Source of the DNA: Acidimicrobiia bacterium
GTDB lineage: Bacteria > Actinomycetota > Acidimicrobiia > Acidimicrobiales > Bin134
Reading direction: 5' to 3'
Length of the DNA: 39,757 bases
Assembly: GCA_009843565.1 (NCBI GenBank)
Contig: VYDF01000198.1
Location: forward strand, 1 to 39,757
Positions 16,574-25,426 of the stretch are shown here, piece by piece (position 1 is the first letter of the stretch; every line of letters begins with the position of its first letter). The notes under the pieces were generated by a model. The model did not search any database and was not told the DNA's origin. It worked only from the letters and a program-made list of their open reading frames with translations. Position numbers and translations under genes: made by a program.

Positions 16574-17764
16574 ATGTCGACGCCGGCGGTGCTGAGGCCA
16601 GGAAAGATTGCTGGGGTGGAGACCCGCAATCGGATCATCCGGTCTTCCACGTCGGAGACCATGGCCGACGACCGCGGCATAATCACCCAGCAGTATCACG
16701 ACTTCCATACGCGACTGGCTCGAAACGGCGTCGGTCTCATCTTCACCGGCCACTGCTCGGTCCACCCCCGGGGCAACTACATACGGGGAATGACCGCGCT
16801 CGACCGCGATGAGGTCATCGCGCCCATGAAGAAGCTGACCGATGCAATTCACGCCGAGGGGGGCAGGATCTTCGCCCAGCTCAATCACGCGGGCAGCCAG
16901 AGCCGGGACGAGTCGATCGCGCCGCTCGCCCCCTCGGTGGTGGAGAATCCGCAGTTTCACCGACTGCCCTTGGCCGCGGCGAGCTCCGATGAGATCTGGG
17001 AGGCCATTGAGGGGTTTGGCAACGCGGCGAGGAGAGTGAGGGAGGCCGGCTTCGACGGAGTCCATGTCCACGCCGGCCACGGCTACCTGCTGTCCGAATT
17101 CTTGTCACCCGCCACCAATCGCCGTGACGACGAGTGGGGAGGATCTCTGGAGAACCGCCAGCGACTGCTGCTAGAGACGTACAAGGCCATGCGGGCCGCG
17201 GTTGGCGACGACTTTCCGATCGCCAACAAGATCGGGCTCTGGGACTATGTGCCCGATGGTCTCACGGTAGAGGAGGGACGGGCCACAGCCATCATGATGG
17301 ACAACGCCGGCCTAGACGCCATCGAACTCTCGGCCGGCCTCATGTCGCCCAAGGCGGAGAGCGCGGCACGGTACGTCGGGGTGACCCGAAGGCGAGCGCT
17401 GCAAGACAAGCTGCTGCACCGCGTGCTGGCGGCTCCGGTGAAGGAGGCGTACTACCGGGAGGAGGCCCGTCGTCACCGGGCCACGGCCCGAGGCAAGACG
17501 ATCCTCGTCGGTGGTGTCCGCACCATTGAGCTCATGAGCGAGGTGATCGAAGACGGGTCGGCCGACTTTGTCTCCCTGGCCCGGCCATTCATCCGCGAAC
17601 CCGACCTGGTCCGCCAGATCGAAGGAGGTCGAACCGGAATGGTCGACTGCGTCTCCTGCAATATCTGCCTAATGCATGAAGGATCGGTGGCGCTCAAGTG
17701 CTGGCGCGAGTCCAACGTCGATCTCATGAAGCATGCCTGGGCCCGGATTCGAGGACAGATCTGA
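16574..17764 (+). CDS. OYE-type FMN oxidoreductase with C-terminal [4Fe-4S] motif (paralogue of 7283..8479)
   Basis: Motifs RSSTSETMA, QLNHAG, GFDGVHVHAGHGYL, RRDDEWGG, DCVSCNICLMHEGSVALKCW. Its stop TGA at 17762-17764 shares one base with the ATG at 17764 of the FAD subunit gene. Confidence 0.8.
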   Translation: MSTPAVLRPGKIAGVETRNRIIRSSTSETMADDRGIITQQYHDFHTRLARNGVGLIFTGHCSVHPRGNYIRGMTALDRDEVIAPMKKLTDAIHAEGGRIFAQLNHAGSQSRDESIAPLAPSVVENPQFHRLPLAAASSDEIWEAIEGFGNAARRVREAGFDGVHVHAGHGYLLSEFLSPATNRRDDEWGGSLENRQRLLLETYKAMRAAVGDDFPIANKIGLWDYVPDGLTVEEGRATAIMMDNAGLDAIELSAGLMSPKAESAARYVGVTRRRALQDKLLHRVLAAPVKEAYYREEARRHRATARGKTILVGGVRTIELMSEVIEDGSADFVSLARPFIREPDLVRQIEGGRTGMVDCVSCNICLMHEGSVALKCWRESNVDLMKHAWARIRGQI

Positions 17765-18615
17765 TGAAGCCGCCTGATTTTGACTACGTAGCGCCGACTT
17801 CGGTCGATGGAGCGATCAAAGCACTGGGAAGTGATTCTGAGGCCAAGGTACTGGCCGGGGGCCAAAGCCTGATTCCGCTTCTGGCCTTCCGATTGGCCGG
17901 CCCATCGCTCCTGGTGGACCTGGCTCGAGTAGACGGGCTCGATCACATCACCGACCAAGGCGATCGATTGGTCATCGGCGCCATGACACGGCAGCGCCGA
18001 GTCGAGCGGGATCCCCTGGTAGCCAATCGATGCCCACTTCTGGCTGAGTCCCTGCGCCATGTGGGACATCCGCAAATACGGTCTCAGGGAACGATTGGCG
18101 GAAGCGTGGCCCACGCCGATCCGGCGGCGGAATTGCCAGGTGTGGTCCTGGCACTGGGGGGCCGCGTACACGTGACCGGCCCGGCCGGGGATCGGACCAT
18201 CGAATCGGAGGAACTGTTCCAGGGATTCTTGAGCACCTCCATTGCCGACGGTGAGATCCTGACCGCCGTCGAAGTTCCGGCGTCTGGCCCGCGGACTGGG
18301 TGGTCGGTGGTGGAGGTTGCCCGCCGACCCGGCGACTATGCGTTGTGCGGTGCGCTTTGCCAACTCCAACTCGATGACGCTGGTGCCGTCATGGGTGTCC
18401 ACCTGGGGTTGATCGGCGTCGGGGACCGTCCGATGCGGGCCCACGCCGTCGAGGCCGCGGTCCTGGCTGGAGCCAATCCGGCCGACGCCGCCGAATTGGC
18501 CCCCGACGGCCTCAGCCCCAGCAGCGATGTGCACGCCTCGAGTGACTACCGGCTGCACCTGGCCACGGTTACCAGCCGGCGGGCACTCACCCAAGCCTTG
18601 GAGCGCGCCGCATGA
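17764..18615 (+). CDS. FAD-binding medium subunit of xanthine-dehydrogenase-family molybdoenzyme (CoxM/CutM-like)
   Basis: ATG at 17764 (MKPPDFDYVAPTSVDGAIKAL...VLAGGQSLIPLL...). C-terminal ...SDYRLHL... as in the CO_deh_flav_C domain. Overlaps the next gene as ATGA. Confidence 0.85.
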   Translation: MKPPDFDYVAPTSVDGAIKALGSDSEAKVLAGGQSLIPLLAFRLAGPSLLVDLARVDGLDHITDQGDRLVIGAMTRQRRVERDPLVANRCPLLAESLRHVGHPQIRSQGTIGGSVAHADPAAELPGVVLALGGRVHVTGPAGDRTIESEELFQGFLSTSIADGEILTAVEVPASGPRTGWSVVEVARRPGDYALCGALCQLQLDDAGAVMGVHLGLIGVGDRPMRAHAVEAAVLAGANPADAAELAPDGLSPSSDVHASSDYRLHLATVTSRRALTQALERAA

Positions 18616-19091
18616 GCGATCACGCTGTCACCATCAACGTCAATGGCGTGGAGAGGTCGAACTTGGTACCGGCCCGGCTCACGCTGGCCGACTTCCTCCG
18701 GGAACGGCTGGATCTCACCGCGACCCACCTGGCCTGCGAGCATGGCGTGTGCGGTGCCTGCACCGTGCTCATCGACGGTGAGACCGCCCGGGCCTGCCTG
18801 CTGCTCACCGTGCAGGCCGACGGAAGGGAGGTCACCACCCTCGAGGGCCTGACCGAAGGCGACGAGCTCGGCCCCATCGAACAGGCGTTCTGGGCCAAGC
18901 ACGGCATGCAATGCGGCTTCTGCACTCCAGGATTCGTGTTGACCATCGCCGAGCTGCTCGACGACAACCCCAACCCGTCTCGGGAGGAGATCATCGAAGG
19001 CCTCGGCGGCAATCTGTGCCGGTGCACGGGTTACGTCAAGATCGTGGAAGCAGTGGAAGAGGCTGTCACCTTGCGGGGAGGTGGAGCGTGA
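18612..19091 (+). CDS. (2Fe-2S)-binding small subunit of xanthine-dehydrogenase-family molybdoenzyme
   Basis: CEHGVCGACTV, CGFCTPGF, CRCTGY. 159 aa. GTGA overlap with the L subunit gene. Confidence 0.9.
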   Translation: MSDHAVTINVNGVERSNLVPARLTLADFLRERLDLTATHLACEHGVCGACTVLIDGETARACLLLTVQADGREVTTLEGLTEGDELGPIEQAFWAKHGMQCGFCTPGFVLTIAELLDDNPNPSREEIIEGLGGNLCRCTGYVKIVEAVEEAVTLRGGGA

Positions 19092-21397
19092 GCTTGTTCG
19101 GGGCGAGCATTCGCCGAAAAGAAGATCCCCGCCTGCTCCGCGGGGACGGCCGGTATCTGTCCGACATCAAGCTCCACGGCATGGTGCACGCCGTGTTCGT
19201 CCGCAGCCCCCACGCCCACGCTCACGTTCGGGGGATCGATTCGAGCGCGGCGGTTGCCGACCCCCGGGTGGTTTGCGTCCTTACCGCCGACGATTTCCCG
19301 CCCGGGCTGCCCCCTCTGCCTTGCATAGACGCCGAGGAAACGACCAAGCCGTTCAACCAGCCCATCTTGGCCTCCGACAAAGTGAGGTTCGTGGGCGAGC
19401 CGGTAGCGCTGGTGATAGTCGAGGGCGACCGCTACATCGCCGAGGACATCGCCGGGCTGGTGGACGTCGACTATGAGCCGCTGCCTGCGGTGTCGACTGC
19501 CGAGGCCGCGCTGGCCCCCGATGCACCGCTGGTCCACTTCGAGTCCAACGTGGTCGACGTGTTGGAGTACTCGGTGGGCGATGCCTCTTCAGCACTAGCG
19601 GCTGCGCCCCACACACTCAGCGAGCGGTTCATCACCCAGAGGTACGCGGGCACGCCGCTGGAGACCAGGGGAGTGATAGTGGAATGGGACGAGGCCCGCC
19701 ATGGCATCACCATGTGGTCGTCGACCCAGGTTCCCCACAGCCTCAAGGCCACCCTTGTCGGCTACTTGGGTCTGCCCGAAAACGCGGTCCGGGTGATCGC
19801 CCCCGATGTCGGCGGGGCCTTCGGCGTGAAGCTCCAGCCCTATCCCGAAGAGGTCATCCTCGGCTTGGCCGCTGAGCGGGTCGGCCGCCCGATCAAGTGG
19901 GTCGAGGATCGCTACGAGCACTTCCTGGCGTCCACCCACGGCCGCGAGCAATACCACGACGTGGAGGTCGGCTACGACGACGACGGCCGGATCCTGGCCA
20001 TCCACGATCACGCCGTCACCAACACGGGCGCCTACCTACAGCGGTTGACCCTGGTGGAGCCGTTTATCGGGGTCTCCATGTTGTCGGGCCCCTATGTCAT
20101 TGAGCATCAGCAGTTGGTGTCGACTGTGGTGATGACCAACACCACGCCTCTCAATCCCTTCCGAGGCGTGGGCCATGTCCAGGCCGCGTTCACCATGGAG
20201 CGCATCATCGACCTGATTGCCGCCGCTGTTGGCATTGACCCGGGCGAAGTTCGGAAGCGCAACATGTTCTCCGCCGATGTTTTCCCCCTCCATCGTGGCA
20301 TCGGAAACGTGTTGGCGGGTGAGATCATCTACGACTCCGGCGACTATCAAGAGTGCTTGAGCCGGGCTTTGGCCACCGCTGAGTGGGACGAATTCCGGCG
20401 TGAGCAAGAAAGCGCTCGAGCCGATGGCCGTTATCTCGGCATCGGCATCGGCTTCTTCGTCGAGGAGACCGGGCTGGGCCCCTACGAGAGTGGCCGGGTC
20501 CGAGTTGAGCCGTCGGGGCAGGTGATCGTGTTCACGGGAGCATGCAGCAGCGGACAAGGCCACGACACAGTGCTGGCACAGATCACTGCCGATGAGCTCG
20601 GGGTTGGCTTTGACGATGTCGTGGTGGTGCACGGAGACACTGATCTGGTGGCCAGTGGCGTGGGAACCTATGCCAGCCGAAGCGCGCCCATTGGCGGAAC
20701 TGCGGTGCGCAATGCTGCCGGTTCGATCAAGGAACAGGCGATCCAAATCGCCGCCGAGATGCTCGAAGCCTCGCCCCAAGATCTCGAGCTGGCAGATGGA
20801 GAAGTCCGGGTCAAGGGTTCGCCGGCCAGCAGTGTCTCGTTAGCCCAGGTAGCGGGAAGGGTGGCTCCTGGCCAGCCGTTGCCCCTGGGGGTCGACAGCT
20901 ACACCCTGGATGCCACCGACATATACCACCCTCCGACGAACACGTTTTCCTACGGCTGCCACGTAGCCACCGTCGAGGTGGATATCGACACCGGTGTGGT
21001 CACCCTGCTTCGCCATGTGGTGGTCAACGACTCTGGGACCTTGATCAACCCGTTGCTGGTGGACGGACAGGTGCAGGGCGGGGTGGCCCTCGGTATCGGG
21101 GGCGCGCTATTGGAGGAAATTGCCTACGGCGACGACGGCCAGCCGCTCAACGCCAACTTCATGGACTACCTGGTTCCCGCCATCGGCAACATGCCGGAGA
21201 TGGTGGTCGAGCACATGACCGTCCCGACTCCCCTGAATGCCGATGGAATGAAGGGAGCGGGCGAAGGAGGCGCGGTTGGCGCGCCAGCGGCAATCGCTAA
21301 TGCCGTAGCCGACGCCATACTCCCCCTTGGCGCCAAGATCACCGAGACGCCGCTGGGGCCGGAGACGGTCTACCGGGCGCTTCAAGACGCCAGCTAG
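19088..21397 (+). CDS. molybdopterin-binding large (catalytic) subunit, xanthine dehydrogenase family
   Basis: GTG at 19088 preceded by GGGGAGG (VSLFGASIRRKEDPRLLRGDGRYLSD...). Motifs FVGEPVA, VGGAFGVK, VVNDSGTLINP, MKGAGEGG. Track ORF 18911..21397 includes a non-coding 5' extension overlapping the S gene. Confidence 0.9.
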   Translation: MSLFGASIRRKEDPRLLRGDGRYLSDIKLHGMVHAVFVRSPHAHAHVRGIDSSAAVADPRVVCVLTADDFPPGLPPLPCIDAEETTKPFNQPILASDKVRFVGEPVALVIVEGDRYIAEDIAGLVDVDYEPLPAVSTAEAALAPDAPLVHFESNVVDVLEYSVGDASSALAAAPHTLSERFITQRYAGTPLETRGVIVEWDEARHGITMWSSTQVPHSLKATLVGYLGLPENAVRVIAPDVGGAFGVKLQPYPEEVILGLAAERVGRPIKWVEDRYEHFLASTHGREQYHDVEVGYDDDGRILAIHDHAVTNTGAYLQRLTLVEPFIGVSMLSGPYVIEHQQLVSTVVMTNTTPLNPFRGVGHVQAAFTMERIIDLIAAAVGIDPGEVRKRNMFSADVFPLHRGIGNVLAGEIIYDSGDYQECLSRALATAEWDEFRREQESARADGRYLGIGIGFFVEETGLGPYESGRVRVEPSGQVIVFTGACSSGQGHDTVLAQITADELGVGFDDVVVVHGDTDLVASGVGTYASRSAPIGGTAVRNAAGSIKEQAIQIAAEMLEASPQDLELADGEVRVKGSPASSVSLAQVAGRVAPGQPLPLGVDSYTLDATDIYHPPTNTFSYGCHVATVEVDIDTGVVTLLRHVVVNDSGTLINPLLVDGQVQGGVALGIGGALLEEIAYGDDGQPLNANFMDYLVPAIGNMPEMVVEHMTVPTPLNADGMKGAGEGGAVGAPAAIANAVADAILPLGAKITETPLGPETVYRALQDAS

Positions 21398-21428
21398 CTG
21401 GCAATAGCAGGAATTAGAGGAGAGGAAG

Positions 21429-22187
21429 ATGGCTGGGAAGGCACTGGCAGGCAAGAGGGCGGTTGTCACCGGCGGCGGCCGGGGGATTGGCCGAGCCATC
21501 GCGGTGGCGTTTGCCGAGGCGGGGGCCGATGTTGCGGTGAGCGGCCGCACGCCCGAGTTGCTTGAAGATACCGCCGCAGAGGTCCGCGCCCTCGGCCAAT
21601 CCGCCGGAGCGAAGGCCGCAGACCTCACCGAGGTCGGGAGCATTCCCAGCGTTTTCGCGGAGCTAGCCGATGGGCTTGGGGGATTCGACATCCTGGTGAA
21701 CTCCGCGGGAGTGCAGTTGACCGCGCCGGCGTTGGATGTCTCGGAGCAGGATTGGGATGCCACTCTCGATGCCAACCTGAAAGCGCTGTTCTTCTGCTGC
21801 CAAGCCGCGGGGAAGCACTTTGTAGAACAGGGCTCGGGCAAGATCATCAATCTCGCCTCCACGTTCAGCATTGTCGGCTTTCCTGAGTTCGCCGCCTACT
21901 GCGCTTCCAAAGGCGGCGTCATGCAGCTCACCCGGACGCTGTCTCTAGAGTGGGCCCCCCACGGCGTGAACGTCAATGCCATCGCTCCGACCGCGGTTCG
22001 AACCGAGATGAACGCCTATCTCCTCGACGACCCCGGTTTCTTGGAGGCGTTCATTCCCCATGTGCCGGCTGGGCGCGTCGGACAGCCGAGCGATGTTGCC
22101 GGTTCGGCGGTCTTCCTGGCCTCTCCGGCCTCAGACTTCGTCCACGGTCATCTGTTGTTTGTCGACGGGGGCTACACCGCGGTCTGA
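21429..22187 (+). CDS. short-chain dehydrogenase/reductase (SDR)
   Basis: TGGGRGIGRAIA (TGxxxGxG), NSAG and YCASK (YxxxK). 252 aa. SD GAGGAGAGG upstream. Confidence 0.85.
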   Translation: MAGKALAGKRAVVTGGGRGIGRAIAVAFAEAGADVAVSGRTPELLEDTAAEVRALGQSAGAKAADLTEVGSIPSVFAELADGLGGFDILVNSAGVQLTAPALDVSEQDWDATLDANLKALFFCCQAAGKHFVEQGSGKIINLASTFSIVGFPEFAAYCASKGGVMQLTRTLSLEWAPHGVNVNAIAPTAVRTEMNAYLLDDPGFLEAFIPHVPAGRVGQPSDVAGSAVFLASPASDFVHGHLLFVDGGYTAV

Positions 22188-22200
22188 TGTTGGCGTCGGG

Positions 22201-23028
22201 CTAGGCGAAGACCTCGGCGTCCTCAAGGTAGCCAGATGCCTCGGTGATCTTCACCACACCGTCAAGCTCCAGCGGGGCAGTCATCCCTTTGCGGGCGTAC
22301 CACTCGCGAATCAAGGCAGGGCCATCGGTGACCAGCCCGAGGTGGAGGGAGATAACCATCAATGCGGCATCCTCAGCCTCTTGGCTTCCACCGGCCACAA
22401 TGTCGCCGGGCACGATGACCCGAAAATCTCGATTGGCGGCGTCAAAGGCAGTGGAGATTACGCAGGCATCGGTCATGGTGCCGGTGAGAACCAGGTTCTT
22501 GATGTCGAGTTGACGGAGTAAGAACTCGAAATCGGTGGGGACGAAGGCGGAGAGGCGCTTCTTGGTGCGGACGTAGTAGTCGCCTTCTTCCTCCTCGACC
22601 ATGATGTCGAGCCATTTGGTGCCTTCCCAGCTGTGCTGGTCCATCATCGGGTTTGGCGGCAAATACAGCTCGTATAGAACCCGCCAATTGGCCATGCGGT
22701 TGTACTGCTTGGAGTTCAGGTCGTCGATCCCGCCGTAGCGCTGCCAGTGCTGGACGTGGATAATCGGGATACCGACCGCCCGCGCCATACGGTGAAACAT
22801 GTTGTGAGCGGGGATCTTGGCCCGGGCCCGGGGACAAGGACAGGACAGCACTTCTTCGGGTCCAATGTGGCCGCGGTGCATGTCAATGCAGGCGATGGCT
22901 GTCTTGTCGGGGTCGAGCCAGCGATCGAATGCATCCTCGAAGTTGCTGGTGCCCGAAGGCAAAACGACGCGATCTCTACCGTCCAGATAGGCATACATCT
23001 CGGTCTTCATTGGTGGCTCGGCTTTCAT
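22201..23028 (-). CDS. isochorismatase-family cysteine hydrolase with internal insertion
   Basis: AIACIDMH (Asp), KKRLSAF (Lys) and LTGTMTDACVISTAFDA (Cys) form the D-K-C triad pattern. The start is uncertain (ATG 23028, 23010 or 22998). The track start at 23190 would overlap the upstream L gene and is rejected. Confidence 0.7.
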   Translation of the reverse strand: MKAEPPMKTEMYAYLDGRDRVVLPSGTSNFEDAFDRWLDPDKTAIACIDMHRGHIGPEEVLSCPCPRARAKIPAHNMFHRMARAVGIPIIHVQHWQRYGGIDDLNSKQYNRMANWRVLYELYLPPNPMMDQHSWEGTKWLDIMVEEEEGDYYVRTKKRLSAFVPTDFEFLLRQLDIKNLVLTGTMTDACVISTAFDAANRDFRVIVPGDIVAGGSQEAEDAALMVISLHLGLVTDGPALIREWYARKGMTAPLELDGVVKITEASGYLEDAEVFA

Positions 23029-23101
23029 TTGACTGGCTGGGTGGGCCAGAGATTCTACCGTCGTGAATTTAATCGCAATGGCAGATGAGCGCCACCAACA
23101 C

Positions 23102-25396
23102 CTAAGAGTGGTTCTGCGCTTCGAGCTGGTTGAGCACCCAATCGGGAGTGATCGGCAGGGTGCCGACCGCGCCGGGAGCGCCGAGCGCATGGCCTACTGC
23201 GGCAGCGATCGCACCGCCCGCACCGGCAATTCCGGCCTCGCCCGCCCCTTTAGCGCCCAATGGGTTCGTCGGCGTGGGGGCGTTTTCGAGAATCGCTGTC
23301 TCGATCGGCGGCAATTCGGCCGCGGTAGGGAGCAGGTAGTCCATGAAGTTGGCCGACTGGGGCTGGCCCCGCTCATCGAATGCGAACTCTTCGAGCAAGG
23401 CGCCCCCCAAGCCCTGGGCGAAACCTCCGAGCACCTGGCCTTCGACAAGCTGGGGGTTGACGGCCCTGCCCACTTCGCACCCCAGCCACACCCTATGCAG
23501 CCGCACTTGCCCCGTCTCTGCGTCGAGCGAGGCATCCACCACCACCGCTCCGTAGGGGTAGTTCATCCGCTCATCGATTCCGATCTCGCGAGCCCCGAGG
23601 CCGGGTTCCTCACCGCGGTCGGCTGATTCAAGCGTCCCGCACGCTTCGGCTATCTGGCCGAGGGTCAGCGTCCTTGCCGGGGCTCCGGCTACGTGTACCA
23701 GGCCATCGGCCAGGACCAGATCGTCGGTGGCGGCTTCGAGCAGGTCAGCGGCGATCCTCTTGGCCTTGTCGGCGGTGTGGCGGGCCGCGGCTTGCACGGC
23801 GACGCCGCCGATCACCGTCGAGCGGCTGGACCACGAACCCACCCCGTCGGGGATCAGGTCCGAGTCGCCGTAGATGACTTGTATTTGGGCCGGGTCAACT
23901 CCCAGCTCGTCGGCGGCGATCTGAGCCATCACGGTTTCGATGCCCTGGCCTGATGATGCTCCCCCGATGAACACCCGGACCGCCCCGGTGGTATCGATGT
24001 CCACTGCTCCCGTCTCGTAGAGGCCGAGCCCGCTCTTGTCCATGAAGACCGACAGGCCTACGCCCCGGTGATCCCCGTTCTCTGGCGCAAGTTCGCTATT
24101 CCACTGGGCGAGCTTCGCTCCCGCTTGGTCGATCAGCCCGATGAAGTCGCCGGAATCGAGTATGAACGACTCACCGGCCAGCTGGAACCCGGGCTCGTAG
24201 GGCAATTCGTCGGACGTGAGCAGGTTCCTCCGGCGGACTTCGGCCGGGTCGAGGCCGAATTCGACCGCGGCGACGTCCAACAGCTGCTCTCGGGCCACGG
24301 TCAGCTCGTAGCGGCCCGGCGCCCTATACGGACCCACCGGGGTCTTGTTGGTGGTGATGACATGGATCTTCGATGCGTAGGCGGGCAGTCGATAGGGCCC
24401 GGGGATCATTCCCAAGGTGAGTTCGGAGACAATCACACCGGTGGGGCGGATGTAGGCGCCCTTGTTGTGCCACACTTCCGCCTCAAGGCCAAGCAGGCGC
24501 CCATCGGTATCGAAGGCGGCCCGCAGAAGGTGGGTTTGCTCGCGGGCGTGGTTTGTGGTGGTGAGGTTCTCGGCCCGGTCCTCGATCCATTTGACCGGAC
24601 CGCCGGTGAGGATTGCGGCGTAGGCAACCAGAAAGTCCTCGGGAAAGAAGTCGCCGCGGACTCCGAAGCTCCCACCGGCATCGGTGGAGCGCATGTGAAT
24701 GCTGGCTGGCCGACGCGAAAGCAGGCGGGCCAGGACCTGTCGGTGATAGTGCGTGACGAGTGTCGCGCCCCAAACCGTGAGTTGGTCGCGGCCGGGGTCG
24801 AAGTCGCAGACCAGCCCTCTCGTCTCGAGCGGTACGCCGGAGTGGCGGCCGATCGAGACTTCCGTGGTCAACACCCGTGCCGCTTGGTCAAATGCGGACG
24901 CAATGTCGCCGTATCCCTTCTCCAGGACACAGATCTCGTTCGACGAGTCAGCCCAGAGAGACAGTTCGTCAGGGGCGCGGCGCATATCGACTACGGCATC
25001 GAGCGGGTCGATGTCGACGACCACCGTCTCGGCAGCATCCTCAGCCAGATACGGATCTTCGGCGAGAACAATTGCCACCGGTTCACCCACGTAGCGAACC
25101 CGGTCTTGAGCCAATACCGGTTGCAGTGCTCGTTCCAACCCGAGGCCGTCGAAGGGCAGCCGGAGCGGAATGGGCTCGACATGGGCGACATCAGCGCCGG
25201 TGAGCACCAAACGGACGCCGGCCATGGCCTCAGCTGCTGAAGTGTCGATCCCCACCACTTGACCGTGGGCATAGGTTGAGCGCACCGCCCTCATCCACAG
25301 TTGGCCGGGCAGATCGACGTCGTCGACAAATCGACCCGCACCACGCAAGAGACGAGGGTCTTCAAGTCGAGGTATGGAAGCCCCTACATTTCCCAT
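23102..25396 (-). CDS. molybdopterin-binding large subunit, xanthine dehydrogenase family (no adjacent M/S genes)
   Basis: MGNVGASIPRLEDPRLLRGAGRFVDD, YVGEPVA, AGGSFGVR, EVGRAVNP, AKGAGEAG. 764 aa. GGGAG SD. Confidence 0.9.
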   Translation of the reverse strand: MGNVGASIPRLEDPRLLRGAGRFVDDVDLPGQLWMRAVRSTYAHGQVVGIDTSAAEAMAGVRLVLTGADVAHVEPIPLRLPFDGLGLERALQPVLAQDRVRYVGEPVAIVLAEDPYLAEDAAETVVVDIDPLDAVVDMRRAPDELSLWADSSNEICVLEKGYGDIASAFDQAARVLTTEVSIGRHSGVPLETRGLVCDFDPGRDQLTVWGATLVTHYHRQVLARLLSRRPASIHMRSTDAGGSFGVRGDFFPEDFLVAYAAILTGGPVKWIEDRAENLTTTNHAREQTHLLRAAFDTDGRLLGLEAEVWHNKGAYIRPTGVIVSELTLGMIPGPYRLPAYASKIHVITTNKTPVGPYRAPGRYELTVAREQLLDVAAVEFGLDPAEVRRRNLLTSDELPYEPGFQLAGESFILDSGDFIGLIDQAGAKLAQWNSELAPENGDHRGVGLSVFMDKSGLGLYETGAVDIDTTGAVRVFIGGASSGQGIETVMAQIAADELGVDPAQIQVIYGDSDLIPDGVGSWSSRSTVIGGVAVQAAARHTADKAKRIAADLLEAATDDLVLADGLVHVAGAPARTLTLGQIAEACGTLESADRGEEPGLGAREIGIDERMNYPYGAVVVDASLDAETGQVRLHRVWLGCEVGRAVNPQLVEGQVLGGFAQGLGGALLEEFAFDERGQPQSANFMDYLLPTAAELPPIETAILENAPTPTNPLGAKGAGEAGIAGAGGAIAAAVGHALGAPGAVGTLPITPDWVLNQLEAQNHS

Positions 25397-25426
25397 GGTG
25401 CTGCTCCCGTCGACTTGGGCAAGCCG

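Noticed and set aside
18911-19087. N-terminal extension of the large-subunit ORF (track start 18911)
   Set aside because: It overlaps the conserved 2Fe-2S subunit gene in another frame. The L-subunit homology (SIRRKEDPRLLRG) begins right after GTG 19088, which has a GGGGAGG SD and a GTGA overlap with the S stop.
17764-21397. Annotating the M-S-L sets as aerobic carbon monoxide dehydrogenase (coxMSL)
   Set aside because: None of the four L subunits shows the form-I CODH active-site loop (VAYRCSFR). The corresponding loops read NPFRGVGH, GPYRAPGR, GAYRGAGR and APYRGVSR. The gene context is heterocycle catabolism, so only the generic xanthine-dehydrogenase-family call is supported.
23029-23190. 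Long form of the isochorismatase-family ORF (track start 23190)
   Set aside because: It would overlap the 3' end of the upstream Mo-hydroxylase L gene by ~90 nt. The extra residues are Arg/Ser-rich with no family similarity.
24068-25240. 390-aa plus-strand ORF, and similar long ORFs at 1616..2485(-), 2696..3454(+), 15410..16267(-), 17473..18594(-), 30330..31247(+), 13841..14581(-) and 9341..10009(-)
   Set aside because: All lie antisense to genes with clear family motifs. They have Arg/Gly/Pro-rich compositions typical of high-GC shadow frames and show no recognisable domains.
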